Shown here: piece after piece, positions 29,739 to 40,455 of the stretch
How positions within the stretch are numbered: position 1 is the stretch's first letter
Layout of the letters: the number at the start of each line of letters is the position of its first letter
Assembly: GCA_963696935.1 (NCBI GenBank)
Contig: CAVOMB010000049.1
Location: 9,867-73,866 of the forward strand
Origin: an uncultured Thermoleophilia bacterium
GTDB taxonomy: Bacteria; Actinomycetota; Thermoleophilia; UBA2241
DNA length: 64,000 nucleotides
Direction of reading: 5' to 3'
Made by a program: the position numbers and the translations under genes
The notes under the pieces: model-generated
Told to the model about the DNA's origin: nothing
Database searches by the model: none
What the model saw: the letters and a program-made list of their open reading frames with translations, nothing else

Positions 29739-29751
29739 GCGCCGTCCCCGC

Positions 29752-31638
29752 TCATCTGTCCACGTCCGCCATGACGAAGTCGATGCTGCCGAGCACCGTG
29801 ACGAGGTCGGCGATCTCATAGCCGATGCACAGCTTGGGCAGCACCTGCAGATGCGGGAAGCACGCGGTGCGGATCTTGACCCGGTACGCCGTGTTCCCTC
29901 CGTCGCTGATGGCGTAGTAGCTGTACTGGCCCTTGGTGCCCTCCGTGTAGACGCTGGCCTCTCCGGGCGGGACGACCGGTCCCCAGGTGACGCCGAGGAA
30001 GTGCGTGATGAGCGACTCGATGTCGTGCATCGTGTGCGGTTCCTTCATCGGCGGCGTCGCCAGGGGGTGGTACGCCTTGTACGGTCCTTCGTCGGGCATG
30101 GCGTCGGCCACCTGGCGCAGGATGCGCAGGCTCTGGCGCATCTCCTCGACGTGCACCGCGGCGCGGTCGTAGCAGTCGCCGGTGGTGCCCACCGGCACCT
30201 CGAAGTCGAACCAGTCGTAGTGGCTGTACGGGCGCTGCTTGCGCCAGTCCCAGGGCAGGCCGGCGGCGCGCAGCATCGGGCCGGTCAGCCCCCACGCCAC
30301 GGCGTCGTCCACCGAGATCGGCGCGACGCCCACCATGCGCGCCTTGACGATGCGGTTGTCCATCACCAGCTTGTCGTACTCGTCCAGCCGCGGCGGCAGG
30401 TAGTCGCAGAAGTCGAGCACGCGCTGCTTCCAGCCCCGGGGCAGGTCCTCCGCGACCCCGCCGATGCGGAACCAGCTGGGGTGCATGCGTCCGCCGGTGA
30501 TGGGCTCGATGACCTCGTCGAACAGGATCTCCCTGTCCTCGAACATGTAGAAGACCGGCGAGAGCGCGCCGATGTCCTGCGCGTAGGTGCCGTAGAACAC
30601 CAGGTGGCTGGCGATGCGGTAGGCCTCGCAGAGCAGCACGCGGATGAGCTGCGCTCGCTCGGGCACCTCGATGCCGCAGAGCTTCTCCACGCTGAGCACA
30701 TAGGGCAGGTTGTTGGTCACGCCGCCGAGGTAGTCGACCCGGTCTGTGTACGGGATGTAGGTGTGCCAGCTCTGGCGCTCGGCCATCTTCTCGGAGCCGC
30801 GGTGGTGGTAGCCGATGTCCGGGACGAGGTGGACGATCTCCTCGTCGCGCAGGCCGAGGACGACGCGGAACGGCCCGTGCGTGGCCCCGTGCTGCGGGCC
30901 GACGTTGAGGTACATGAGGGTGGGGTCGTCGTCGGTGCTGGGCAGGCCCCACATCTCGGGCTTGAAGCGCAGCTGCTCCTGCATCTCGTCGACCACCTGG
31001 TCGGGCAGCTCGAAGGGGCCGTACTCGGTGCCGCGGGACGGGTGCTCCTTGCGCAGCGGGTGCCCGTCCCACCACGGCGGCATGAGCAGCCGGTGCAGGT
31101 GGTCGTGGCCGGCGACGCCGACGCCGAACATGTCCCAGAGCTCGCGCTCGTACCAGTCGGCGGCGGGCCACACGCCGGCCACGCTCTGCACCTCCGGCGC
31201 CTCTTCCGGCAGCGCCACCTTGAGGCGCACGTCGGCGTTCCGGCCGTAGGAGACGAGGTGGTAGAAGACGCTGAAGGCGGCGTCCGGCATGCCCTCCCGG
31301 TGCAGCCGCTGGCGCTCGTCCACGCCGCCGAGGTCGTAGAGCATCGCGAACGGCTCGGCGGCCTCCTTGCCCAGGTACTGAAGCACCTCGGGGGCACGGC
31401 CTGCCGGGACCCAGGCGGTCGGGATGCCGTCCTGGGTCTCCTGCTCCACGAGCTGCAGGTCCGGGAACCGCTCGTGCAGCTCGCGTAGGACCGCCGCCTC
31501 GGCCTCGGCCCGCGGCGCTGCGGCCGTGATCTCGGGCCACTGGCTGGGCTGCGGCGCCTCCTGAGCGGCGTCGGCGCGGCGCTCCGCCGCGTCCTCTGCA
31601 GGGGCGTCGTCTTCTGCTGTGCGCGGCTCGTCGGTCAT
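29752..31638 (-). CDS. nuoCD: Fused NADH-quinone oxidoreductase subunit C/D
   Basis: Nuo[18 protein letters not shown] in frame with Nuo[30 protein letters not shown]. Confidence 0.95.
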   Translation of the reverse strand: MTDEPRTAEDDAPAEDAAERRADAAQEAPQPSQWPEITAAAPRAEAEAAVLRELHERFPDLQLVEQETQDGIPTAWVPAGRAPEVLQYLGKEAAEPFAMLYDLGGVDERQRLHREGMPDAAFSVFYHLVSYGRNADVRLKVALPEEAPEVQSVAGVWPAADWYERELWDMFGVGVAGHDHLHRLLMPPWWDGHPLRKEHPSRGTEYGPFELPDQVVDEMQEQLRFKPEMWGLPSTDDDPTLMYLNVGPQHGATHGPFRVVLGLRDEEIVHLVPDIGYHHRGSEKMAERQSWHTYIPYTDRVDYLGGVTNNLPYVLSVEKLCGIEVPERAQLIRVLLCEAYRIASHLVFYGTYAQDIGALSPVFYMFEDREILFDEVIEPITGGRMHPSWFRIGGVAEDLPRGWKQRVLDFCDYLPPRLDEYDKLVMDNRIVKARMVGVAPISVDDAVAWGLTGPMLRAAGLPWDWRKQRPYSHYDWFDFEVPVGTTGDCYDRAAVHVEEMRQSLRILRQVADAMPDEGPYKAYHPLATPPMKEPHTMHDIESLITHFLGVTWGPVVPPGEASVYTEGTKGQYSYYAISDGGNTAYRVKIRTACFPHLQVLPKLCIGYEIADLVTVLGSIDFVMADVDR

Positions 31639-32291
31639 CACATCTCGTCGGGGGGCCGGAGCTCGTCGGTGGCTACGACGTCGTCGTGACGCAGGTCGCG
31701 CAGACTGATGCCGCGCGGCTTGATCACGTCCTGGTCGCCGACCACCCAGCTGAGCGGCCGCTTCTCGATGGAGACCTGGGCCTGCAGGAGCAGCAGGCCC
31801 TCCAGGAGCGCGGTCGGCGGCGGCGGGCAGCCCTGCACGTACACGTCCACCGGCAGGAACGAGTCCACGCCCTGGACGACGCTGTAGGTGTCGAACATGC
31901 CGCCGGAGTTGGCGCACGAGCCCATGGAGATGACCCAGCGCGGCTCCATCATCTGCCGGTGGAGCTGCACGACCACGGGCGCCATCTTCTTGAACACCGT
32001 GCCGGCGACGATCATGACGTCCGCCTCCCGCGGCGAGATGCGCAGCACCTCGGCGCCGTAGCGGGCGATGTCGTAGCGGGCTGTGAGGGCGGTGGCCATC
32101 TCGACGAAGCAGCAGCTGAGCCCGAACCCGAACGGCCACATGGAATTCTTGCGGCCCCAGGCGATGAGCTTCTCGAGGCTGGACGTGACGACGGGGACGT
32201 CGCCGGCCCCCGGCGGGAGGCCCTCGGCGTCGAGCAGGCGTCCGAGGGCGCGCGCCGTGCGTGACTGGTCGGGGTTGCGGCGCGGCCTCAC
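31638..32291 (-). CDS. nuoB: NADH-quinone oxidoreductase subunit B
   Basis: [23 protein letters not shown]; GTG start overlaps the nuoA stop. Confidence 0.93.
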   Translation of the reverse strand: MRPRRNPDQSRTARALGRLLDAEGLPPGAGDVPVVTSSLEKLIAWGRKNSMWPFGFGLSCCFVEMATALTARYDIARYGAEVLRISPREADVMIVAGTVFKKMAPVVVQLHRQMMEPRWVISMGSCANSGGMFDTYSVVQGVDSFLPVDVYVQGCPPPPTALLEGLLLLQAQVSIEKRPLSWVVGDQDVIKPRGISLRDLRHDDVVATDELRPPDEM

Positions 32292-32737
32292 AGGCCGCCT
32301 CTCTCGCCGCCGCCGGCGGGCCTGGCCCGCGCCGCCTCCCGCGCCTCCTTGCGCCGCCGTCCCGCCGGGCTCCAGTCCAGCGCGCCGACGCGCCAGAGAT
32401 AGATCAGACCGGCGAACAGCAGCAGCACGAAGAAGAGGAGCTCGAAGTACCCGAGCCACCCGAGACGCCGCGCGGAGACCGCCCACGCGAAGACGAACAC
32501 GGCCTCGAGGTCGAAGATCACGAAGAAGAGGGCGATCTGGTAGAACTCGACGGAGAGCCGTTGCGGCAGAGGCCCCGCCGGCTTGATGCCGCTCTCGTAC
32601 CGCTCCGCCTCAGACCCGTGGGACTGGCGCTCGCCCAGCAGCCACGACAGGGTCAGGATGAGCCCGGCCACGACGAGCACGAGCACGGCGTACAGCGCGG
32701 CCGGCCACACGGCTACCGCTGTGAGTGTGCTGGTCAC
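32288..32737 (-). CDS. nuoA: NADH-quinone oxidoreductase subunit A
   Basis: [18 protein letters not shown]; start codon uncertain. Confidence 0.92.
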   Translation of the reverse strand: MTSTLTAVAVWPAALYAVLVLVVAGLILTLSWLLGERQSHGSEAERYESGIKPAGPLPQRLSVEFYQIALFFVIFDLEAVFVFAWAVSARRLGWLGYFELLFFVLLLFAGLIYLWRVGALDWSPAGRRRKEAREAARARPAGGGERGGL

Positions 32738-32793
32738 CCCTGGTCCATCCCCCAACGTCTAGTGCCCCGTCGAGTCCTTTACGGCGAATCACG

Positions 32794-32814
32794 CTCATGG
32801 TAGAGAACCATGAG
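32794..32814. promoter_or_regulatory. Perfect inverted repeat CTCATGGT-N5-ACCATGAG in the nuo/qcr divergent region (candidate operator)
   Basis: Read directly from the sequence; function inferred from position only. Confidence 0.5.
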
Positions 32815-32930
32815 TATCAAGCAACGTCCAGTATCTACGACCATCGCCGTCGATGCCGTTGACCGTCGATGCATGCTGTACCCTGTGCGCGTAAGTGGTA
32901 CGCAGGGTCGACAAAGGGGAGCCCAGGGGA

Positions 32931-33758
32931 GTGAGCCGACCGCTCGTTGAGCCGGGGACGTGGAACCGCTGCGGCGGTCCGCCGCGGTCCGTCCGTACGC
33001 TCGCCGCGCTCACGCTCCTGCTCGCGCTGCTCGCCCTGGCCGCCGCCTCCGGAGCGGCGGCCTCTCCGGCGCCCACGCCCGCGGCCGGCTCCGGCTCGTT
33101 CACGCCGGCCGCCACGCCCGAGCCGCTCGCCTCCAGGAGCTACGCGCCCGGCACCGGCGGGCGCGTGTTCGCCGAGAACTGCTCCGGCTGTCACGGCGCC
33201 CGCGGTGAGGGCTACGTCGGCCCGGCGCTGGCGCCGGCGGGGTTCGCGAGCCTGGTCTCGTCCATGGTCGAGCAGGGCGGCGTCACCATGCCCGCGTTCG
33301 GCGGCACGCTCAGCCTCCAGGACATCGACGCCGTCGCCCAGTTCGTCTCCCAGGAACTCGCCGACCCGGTCTCGCGCACGGCCGAGACGCCGCAGGGCGG
33401 CGACCTCTTCCGCCTGTACTGCTCCGGTTGCCACAGCTCCACCGGCAGCGGCGGCGCCATGCCGGTGGGCAGGAACGCGCCCAACATCCGCCGGTTCCCG
33501 CCGGCCGAGGCGCTGGCCGCCATGATCCTCGGCCGCGGCAACATGCCGGCGCTGGCCGGCAACACGTTCGACGTCCGCCAGCAGACGTCGGTCGCGCTCT
33601 ACGTCCAGGTGCTCGCGCCCGACCCGCCGTCGCCGGGAGGCGCCGGACTCGGCTACCTCGGGCCCGTACCTGAGGGCGCCGTGGGCGCCGTCGCCCTGCT
33701 GCTGCTCATCCTGGTCGCCGTCTGGCTCGCCTGGCGCTCGCGGAAGGCCGCTCCCTGA
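32931..33758 (+). CDS. qcrC: Diheme cytochrome c subunit of a bcc-type complex
   Basis: Signal-like segment, two CSGCH motifs with MPA axial ligands, GPVPEG and a C-terminal TM helix; start uncertain. Confidence 0.85.
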   Translation: MSRPLVEPGTWNRCGGPPRSVRTLAALTLLLALLALAAASGAAASPAPTPAAGSGSFTPAATPEPLASRSYAPGTGGRVFAENCSGCHGARGEGYVGPALAPAGFASLVSSMVEQGGVTMPAFGGTLSLQDIDAVAQFVSQELADPVSRTAETPQGGDLFRLYCSGCHSSTGSGGAMPVGRNAPNIRRFPPAEALAAMILGRGNMPALAGNTFDVRQQTSVALYVQVLAPDPPSPGGAGLGYLGPVPEGAVGAVALLLLILVAVWLAWRSRKAAP

Positions 33759-34624
33759 GCCCCGAGCGCCATGACGACGGCCGCCACGGCCACGTCGCCA
33801 CCTGGCCGGTCGGCATCGGCCTCGCCGCCACCATCGGCGGCTCCATCTCGTTCGCCGTCTGCTTCATCGTCGGCGCGAGCAACCAGTGGCTCGGCGGGTC
33901 GCTCGCGCTGGCCCTGCTCGGGCTGGGACTCGCGCTCGCGTTCTGGGGCCGCGACCTCGCCGGCGACGAGGTCATCGCCGGCCGCTACCCGGTCCCGCCG
34001 GACGACCTCGAAGGCCAGGCCAAGCTGGCGACGCAACTCGACGAGCACGCCTCCGTCATCACGCGCCGCAGCTTCCTCAGCAAGGCGCTCGTCTTCGGCG
34101 TCGCGGTGTTCGCGCTCAGCCAGGTCGTGCTTCTCGGGGCGCTGGGTCCGTGGCCGGGCGACAGCCTCACCACCACGGGCTGGCGCAAGGGCCGCCGCCT
34201 GGTGACCGAGGACGGAGAGCCGATCGACAGCAAGACCGCCCTCGCCACCGGCGGGTTCATCGTCGCGTTCCCCGAGGGCGGCGAGGACAGGGCGAACTCG
34301 CAGGTCGTCCTCCTGCACTTCGTGAACGGCGACTTCGTGCCACAGCAAGGCCGTGAGAGCTGGAGTCCCGACGAGTTCGTCGCGTACTCGCGCGTGTGCA
34401 CGCACGCCGGCTGCCCGGTGGCCGAGTACCTGGACGTCGCGCAGAAGCTGGTGTGCCCGTGCCACCAGTCGGAGTTCGACCTGCTGGACGGCGCGCAGCC
34501 TACAGGCGGGCCGGCTTCGCGGCCGCTGCCGCAGCTGCCGCTGGCCATCGACGCCGACGGCTATCTCGTCGCGCAGAGCGACTTCACCGAAGACGTCGGC
34601 CCCGGCTTCTGGAACGCATCATGA
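33755..34624 (+). CDS. qcrA: Rieske iron-sulfur subunit (apparent CTG start)
   Basis: CTHAGC and CPCHQS; internal Tat motif TRRSFL after two TM helices; frame open back to a CTG overlapping the qcrC stop. Confidence 0.88.
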   Translation: MSPERHDDGRHGHVATWPVGIGLAATIGGSISFAVCFIVGASNQWLGGSLALALLGLGLALAFWGRDLAGDEVIAGRYPVPPDDLEGQAKLATQLDEHASVITRRSFLSKALVFGVAVFALSQVVLLGALGPWPGDSLTTTGWRKGRRLVTEDGEPIDSKTALATGGFIVAFPEGGEDRANSQVVLLHFVNGDFVPQQGRESWSPDEFVAYSRVCTHAGCPVAEYLDVAQKLVCPCHQSEFDLLDGAQPTGGPASRPLPQLPLAIDADGYLVAQSDFTEDVGPGFWNAS

Positions 34625-35994
34625 AGAAGAACGAAGACCACGACCTCAGGCACAGCCTCGGCAGGTCGTTCGGCGCGCGCAAGTCGCCCGTGCGGCCGGC
34701 GGCGCGTTGGCTCGACACCAACCTCGGCGGCAGCCGCATCCTCCGCGACGAGCTGCGTCACATCTTCCCCGACAGCTGGGCGTTCTTCCTCGGCGAGATC
34801 GCGCTGTACTGCTTCATCATCCTGGTGGTGACCGGCATCTTCCTGGCGCTGTTCTTCCAGGCGTCGGAGGCGCCGGTCGTGTACACAGGGTCCTACGCGC
34901 CGCTACACGGCACCGAGATGTCGGCCGCCTACGACTCGGTGCTGGGCCTGAGCCTGGACGTGCCCGCCGGCCTGCTCGTGCGGCAGGTCCACCACTGGGC
35001 GGCGCTCGTCTTCGTCGGCGCCCTCATCATCCACATGATCCGCATGTTCGTGACCGCGGCGTACCGGCGGCCGCGCCGCATCAACTGGCTCATCGGCATG
35101 AGCCTGGTCCTGCTGGTGGGCATGAACGGCCTGTTCGGCTACTCGCTGCCCGACGACCTGCTCTCGGGCACCGGGCTGCGCATCGCCTTCTCCATCACCG
35201 AGTCCATCCCGCTCATCGGACCGGCGCTGGCGACGCTGTTGTTCGGCGGGGAGTTCCCGTCGCAGGGGCTCATCGCGCGTGTGTATCCCGCGCACATCTT
35301 CCTGCTGCCGGCGGCGATCGCCGGGCTGCTCGGCGCGCACCTCGGCCTGCTGTGGCTGCAGCGCCACACGCAGTTCCCGGGCAAGGGCCGGAGCGACAAG
35401 GTCATCGTGGGCACGCCGATGGTGCCGGCGTACGCGCTGCGCACCGCCGGCTACCTGCTCATCGTGGGCGGCATGGTCACCGCGTTCGCCGCCTTCATCC
35501 AGATCAACCCCGTGTGGCTGTACGGGCCGTACCGGCCGTGGGACGCGACGACGGCCGCGCAGCCCGACTGGTACATGGGCTGGCTGGAGGGCGCGGTGCG
35601 CATGATGCCCGGCTGGGACATCCAGATCGGCGGGCTGCTCATCCCGGCCATCTTCTGGCCGGCCGTGATCCTGCCGGGGCTCATCTTCACGCCGCTCTTC
35701 CTGGTGCCGTGGATCGACTGGGCGACCACCCGAGACGGCGCGTTCCACAACGTCCTCATGCTCCCGGGGCAGCACCCGGCGAGGGCGGCCATCGCCGCCG
35801 GCTTCATCACCTTCCTCACGGTGCTGCTGGTGGCCGGCGCCAATGACGTGTTCGCCTTCATGTACGACTGGTCGCAGCCGTCACTGCTGCGGCTCCTGCA
35901 GTGGATGTTCTTCGTGCTGCCGCCGGTGGTGGCGCTCCTCACGTACGCGCTCCTGCGCGCCAGGGCACGGCGGTGGGCGACGACCGTGCGCTGA
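34621..35994 (+). CDS. qcrB: Cytochrome b subunit of bcc complex
   Basis: GEIALYCF, RQVHHWAA, GYSLPDDLLSGTGLR, HTQFPG, QPDWY. Confidence 0.93.
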   Translation: MKKNEDHDLRHSLGRSFGARKSPVRPAARWLDTNLGGSRILRDELRHIFPDSWAFFLGEIALYCFIILVVTGIFLALFFQASEAPVVYTGSYAPLHGTEMSAAYDSVLGLSLDVPAGLLVRQVHHWAALVFVGALIIHMIRMFVTAAYRRPRRINWLIGMSLVLLVGMNGLFGYSLPDDLLSGTGLRIAFSITESIPLIGPALATLLFGGEFPSQGLIARVYPAHIFLLPAAIAGLLGAHLGLLWLQRHTQFPGKGRSDKVIVGTPMVPAYALRTAGYLLIVGGMVTAFAAFIQINPVWLYGPYRPWDATTAAQPDWYMGWLEGAVRMMPGWDIQIGGLLIPAIFWPAVILPGLIFTPLFLVPWIDWATTRDGAFHNVLMLPGQHPARAAIAAGFITFLTVLLVAGANDVFAFMYDWSQPSLLRLLQWMFFVLPPVVALLTYALLRARARRWATTVR

Positions 35995-36020
35995 GCGGCG
36001 TACCGGCGGTGCGGCGCGCG

Positions 36021-36869
36021 TCAGAGGAGCCGCGCGGCGACGGCCGCCGCCAGCACCAGCGCGAGGCAGGGCCCCGTGACCTTGAACAGCGCCCAGGCGG
36101 CATCCCTGGTGGCCCGGCCCAGCAGCCGCAGCGTGAACGCCCAGAGCGGCACGACCGCGACGGCCGTGCCTGCCGCGTACAGGGCGCCGAAGAGGCCGGC
36201 GCCGAGCGGCGCGGCCAGCACCACGGTCAGCAGCACCATGAAGCCGGCGATGAGGCGGCGCGTGACGGCGTCGCCGTAGCTCGCCGGCGGCGTGGGGATC
36301 CCGGACGCGCGGTAGTCGTCCTCGAGGGCGAGCGTGAGCGCCCAGGAGTGGGGCGGCGACCACACCAGGATGAGCACGCAGAGCCACAGGATCGCTCCGG
36401 ACCAGCCGGCCCCGGTGGCCGCCCAGCCGATGAGGGCGGGGAAGACGCCGGCCACCCCGCCCGGCACGGCGCTCAGCGCGGTGCGCGGCTTGAGCAGCAG
36501 CGTGTAGAGCACGACGTAGTAGAGCGCGCCGAGCAGCGCGAAGACCGCGGCGAGGCCGCCGGCGACGGCCCAGAGGGCCGCGGCCCCGGCGGCCACCCCA
36601 GCCAGCCCGGCGAGCGTGGCGCGCGCCGGCGGGATGCGGCCGGAGGCCGTGGGGCGTCGGCGCGTCCGCTCCATGCGCCGGTCCACGTCGCGCTCGATGA
36701 CGTTGTTGAGGGTCGCCGCACCGCCGACGGTGAGCGCGGTCGCGGCGAGCACCGCAACGGCGCGCCACACCTCCAGCCCGCCGCAGAGCAGCACGGCTGC
36801 GAGCACGGTGACGAGGAACAGCGCGACGACGCGCGGCTGGGCCGCCCTGAGGTAGTCCATGGGAGCCAT
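36021..36869 (-). CDS. ctaB: Protoheme IX farnesyltransferase (heme O synthase)
   Basis: NNVIERDVDRRMERTRRRP, YTLLLK, WSPPH..DDY. Confidence 0.92.
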   Translation of the reverse strand: MAPMDYLRAAQPRVVALFLVTVLAAVLLCGGLEVWRAVAVLAATALTVGGAATLNNVIERDVDRRMERTRRRPTASGRIPPARATLAGLAGVAAGAAALWAVAGGLAAVFALLGALYYVVLYTLLLKPRTALSAVPGGVAGVFPALIGWAATGAGWSGAILWLCVLILVWSPPHSWALTLALEDDYRASGIPTPPASYGDAVTRRLIAGFMVLLTVVLAAPLGAGLFGALYAAGTAVAVVPLWAFTLRLLGRATRDAAWALFKVTGPCLALVLAAAVAARLL

Positions 36870-36991
36870 TCTAGCCGGAGTGGTAGCGGCGTCCCCGCCG
36901 GTCGACGCGGCTCGATGCCGCATCGCAGATGATTCGTGCGAAGATAGGTGCGCTTCGGCGCACTCGGGCGGTCTCACGAGCAGGGGGACGT

Positions 36992-38023
36992 GTGAAGGGG
37001 AGCGGGGGTAACCACCACACAGCGGGCACGGACAGGCGCCTCGCGGCCGCGGCGCTCGCGGTCGCCGTCTGCGTCGCCGCGGCGATCGTGCTCGCCGGGT
37101 GCCAGTCGCCGAGCATCCTGCGTGCGGAGGGCTCGGCGTCCAGCGAGATCGTCACCTTGGCGATGTGGATCTTCGGCATCCTCGCCGCCGTCCTCGTCAC
37201 CGTATGGGTGATCCTCGTCTACGTGATCGTCACCGGCCGGCGCCGCCCACCGGAGAAGGCGTCGCAGACCAAGGGCAACCTGCGCATCGAGATCGTCTGG
37301 ACGGCGATCCCCGCGGTCATCGTCACCGTCCTCTTCGTGCTCACGGTGGTGTACACCGAGCGCATCACGATGCCCGACCCGGGCACGCAGTTCAGCGCCG
37401 TCGGTCGCCAGTGGTGGTGGGACTTCCAGTTCGGCGACCTGGGCTTCAAGTCGCCCAACGAGATCTACGTGGCCCAGGGGCGGCCGGTGTCGATCGACAT
37501 CCGCTCGGCGGACGTCATCCACTCGTTCTGGGTGCCGCAGATGGGCGGCAAGATCGACATGATCCCGGGGCACGTGAACCACATCCACTTCGTGCCGCTC
37601 ACCTCTGGCACGTACCTGGGGGAGTGCGCCGAGTTCTGCGGAGCGCAGCACGGCAGGATGCGTTTTCTGTTCGTGGTGGTGCCGCCGGACCAGTACTCGG
37701 CGTGGGTCAGGAACCAGCAGAAGCCGGCCGCCGAGCCCACGGGAGCCGAGGCCGTCGCCGGCAAGCAGGTCATCAGCACCGTGGGCTGCGGCAGTTGCCA
37801 TGCCATCCGCGGCACCTCGCTCAAGGGCACCTTCGGCCCGGACCTCACGCACTTCGGCAGTCGCGGCGGCATCGCCGCCTACACGCTCAAGAACACGCCC
37901 GAGAACCTGCTCAGGTGGATCCAGGACCCGCAGGCCGTCAAGCCTGAGTGCAAGATGCCGCGGGTCCCGCTGCCGCCGCAGCAACAGCAGCAGCTCGTCG
38001 CCTACCTCGAGGAGCTCAAATGA
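36992..38023 (+). CDS. coxB: Cytochrome c oxidase subunit II with C-terminal cytochrome c domain
   Basis: Lipobox LAGC; DVIHSFW; CuA motif CAEFCGAQHGRM; CGSCH..GPDLTH..KMP; start uncertain. Confidence 0.92.
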   Translation: MKGSGGNHHTAGTDRRLAAAALAVAVCVAAAIVLAGCQSPSILRAEGSASSEIVTLAMWIFGILAAVLVTVWVILVYVIVTGRRRPPEKASQTKGNLRIEIVWTAIPAVIVTVLFVLTVVYTERITMPDPGTQFSAVGRQWWWDFQFGDLGFKSPNEIYVAQGRPVSIDIRSADVIHSFWVPQMGGKIDMIPGHVNHIHFVPLTSGTYLGECAEFCGAQHGRMRFLFVVVPPDQYSAWVRNQQKPAAEPTGAEAVAGKQVISTVGCGSCHAIRGTSLKGTFGPDLTHFGSRGGIAAYTLKNTPENLLRWIQDPQAVKPECKMPRVPLPPQQQQQLVAYLEELK

Positions 38024-40452
38024 GCGTCGTCACGCCGCCCGTGGGCGCCTCGCCTGAAGCCGACCCCGGCCACGAGGGCATCGGCGCCTGGCTGACCACC
38101 ACCGACCACAAAAAGATCGGCCTGATGTACATCGGGACGGCGCTGGTGTTCTTCCTCATCGCCGTCTTCTTCGCCATGCTGATGAGGACGCAGCTCATCA
38201 AGCCGGACATGGGTCTGCTCTCGCCGGAGGCGTACAACCAGGTCTTCTCCATGCACGGCACCACAATGATCTTTCTCTTCGGCATGCCGCTGCTCATCGG
38301 GCTGGCCAACTACCTCGTACCGCTGCAGATCGGCGCGCGCGACATGGCGTTCCCGCGCGCCAACGCGCTGAGCTACTGGCTGCTGCTGTTCGGCGGCCTC
38401 CTGCTGTACAGCAGCTTCCTCTTCGGCGGCGCGCTCGACACCGGCTGGTTCAGCTACGCGCCGCTTACGCTCAAGGCGTACTCGCCGCACGACGCCGTGA
38501 CGTTCTGGATCGTTGCGCTCGTGCTGCTCGGCGTCTCGTCGGTCCTCGGGGCCATGAACTTCATCGTCACCTGCCTGCGCTTTCGCGCGCCGGGGATGCG
38601 GCTGTGGCAGATGCCGATCTTCTCGGTGGCGACGTTCATCAACTCGTTCCTCATCCTGTTCGCCTTCCCGAGCTTGAGCGCCGCGCTCGCCCTGCTCTAC
38701 TTCGACCGCCAGTTCGGCACGAGCTTCTTCGACCCGCAGGGCGGTGGCGACCCCATCATCTGGCAGCACCTCTTCTGGTTCTTCGGCCACCCGGAGGTGT
38801 ACATCCTCATCCTGCCGGCGTTCGGCATCATGAGCGAGGTCGTGCCGGTCAACTCCAACAAGCCGCTGTTCGGGCGCAGCTCGATGATCGTCATGCTCGG
38901 GATCATCGGGCTCCTCGGGTTCCTGGTGTGGGCGCACCACATGTTCGCGACCGGCCTGCCCAACTTCTTCAACGCCGTCATGGCCGGCACCAGCATGCTC
39001 ATCGCCATCCCTACCGGCGTGAAGATCTTCAACTGGCTGGCGACCATGTGGGGCGGGTCGCTCAAGTTCCGCACGCCGCTGCTGTACGCCTGCGGTCTGA
39101 TCGCCTTGTTCACCGTGGGCGGCATCACCGGCGTCACGCTGGCCGTGGTGCCGTGGGACTGGCAGGTGACCGACACCTACTACGTCGTCGGTCACTTCCA
39201 CAACGTACTCATCGCCGGGACCGTGTTCGCCGGCATCGCCGGCCTCTACCACTGGTTCCCCAAGATGACCGGCAGGTTCCTGGACGACCGCCTCGGCAAG
39301 GTGCAGTTCTGGTTCACCGCGGTCGGGTTCGCGCTGACGTTCTTCCCGATGTACGCGCTCGGCATCCTGGGCATGCCGCGACGTGTGTACACCTACGCCG
39401 GCGACCTCGGCTGGAACCAGCTGAACCTGGTCTCGAGCATCGGCGGCTACATCCTCGCCGCCGGGTTCCTGCTGCTCTTCTACAACATCATCAAGAGCCT
39501 GCGCTCGGGAGAGACCGCAGGCGAGAACCCCTGGGGGGCGTGGACGCTGGAGTGGGCCACCCCCTCGCCGCCCCCGCACGGCAACTTCAGCCGGCTCCCG
39601 GAGATCCTCAGCGACAGGCCGCTGTGGGACGCGGACGACGGCCACGAGGACGAAGGCGGGCGCATCGAGAAGGCCGTCTGGCACGACTTGCCGCCGGTGC
39701 CCGACCAGCACACCATCGCCCCGTTCTGGGTCGCAGTGGGCATCCTCATCCTGGGCATCGGCCTGCTGGGCGCGCCGCTGGTGTTCGTCATCGGGTTCGG
39801 GCTCATCCTGGTGGTGCTCGCGGTGTGGATGAACGGGCAGTGGACGGAGATCGCGCCCACGCCGCCGCTGCAGGACGTCCAGCACAGGTTCTCGTTCATC
39901 GGCGCCGGCACCTTGGCCTTGATCGGCTCGGAGTCGGTGTTCTTCGCCTCGCTCATCGCCGCCGTGATCCACCTGCGCATCCACAACTCGCTGTTCGGCG
40001 GCGGGTCCGGGGTGGAGGTGACCGTGGCGATCATCAACACGGTCATCCTGTTCAGCAGCGGCGTCACAGCGCACTTCGCGCAGACGTCCTACCGGGCGCG
40101 GCGCAAGGGCTGGTTCTTCTTCCTGCTGGTGCTGACCATCATCCTGGGCATCGTCTTCCTGGGCGGACAGGCGTGGGAGTACACGCACAGCGGGTTCGGC
40201 CTCACCTCGTCGATCATCGCCTCGTCGTTCTACCTGCTGACGGGGTTCCACGGGTTCCACGTGGCCTGCGGCATCGTGGCGCTGATCTACCTGTTCTTCC
40301 GCTCGCGCCGCGAGCTGAAGAGGGTGCCCGGCGAGCGGCAGCTGCCGCAGACCTCGCCGGGCACGTCCGGGATGGTGGACGGCGCCACCTACTACTGGCA
40401 CTTCGTCGACGCCGTGTGGGTGTTCGTGTTCATCGTCTGCTACCTGCTGTAG
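38020..40452 (+). CDS. ctaD: Heme-copper oxidase (type A1), fused subunit I + subunit III
   Basis: TTTDHKKIG, GHPEVY, WAHHM, GHFHN, then in-frame subunit III TGFHGFHV..YWHFVDAVW. Confidence 0.93.
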   Translation: MSVVTPPVGASPEADPGHEGIGAWLTTTDHKKIGLMYIGTALVFFLIAVFFAMLMRTQLIKPDMGLLSPEAYNQVFSMHGTTMIFLFGMPLLIGLANYLVPLQIGARDMAFPRANALSYWLLLFGGLLLYSSFLFGGALDTGWFSYAPLTLKAYSPHDAVTFWIVALVLLGVSSVLGAMNFIVTCLRFRAPGMRLWQMPIFSVATFINSFLILFAFPSLSAALALLYFDRQFGTSFFDPQGGGDPIIWQHLFWFFGHPEVYILILPAFGIMSEVVPVNSNKPLFGRSSMIVMLGIIGLLGFLVWAHHMFATGLPNFFNAVMAGTSMLIAIPTGVKIFNWLATMWGGSLKFRTPLLYACGLIALFTVGGITGVTLAVVPWDWQVTDTYYVVGHFHNVLIAGTVFAGIAGLYHWFPKMTGRFLDDRLGKVQFWFTAVGFALTFFPMYALGILGMPRRVYTYAGDLGWNQLNLVSSIGGYILAAGFLLLFYNIIKSLRSGETAGENPWGAWTLEWATPSPPPHGNFSRLPEILSDRPLWDADDGHEDEGGRIEKAVWHDLPPVPDQHTIAPFWVAVGILILGIGLLGAPLVFVIGFGLILVVLAVWMNGQWTEIAPTPPLQDVQHRFSFIGAGTLALIGSESVFFASLIAAVIHLRIHNSLFGGGSGVEVTVAIINTVILFSSGVTAHFAQTSYRARRKGWFFFLLVLTIILGIVFLGGQAWEYTHSGFGLTSSIIASSFYLLTGFHGFHVACGIVALIYLFFRSRRELKRVPGERQLPQTSPGTSGMVDGATYYWHFVDAVWVFVFIVCYLL

Positions 40453-40455
40453 CGG

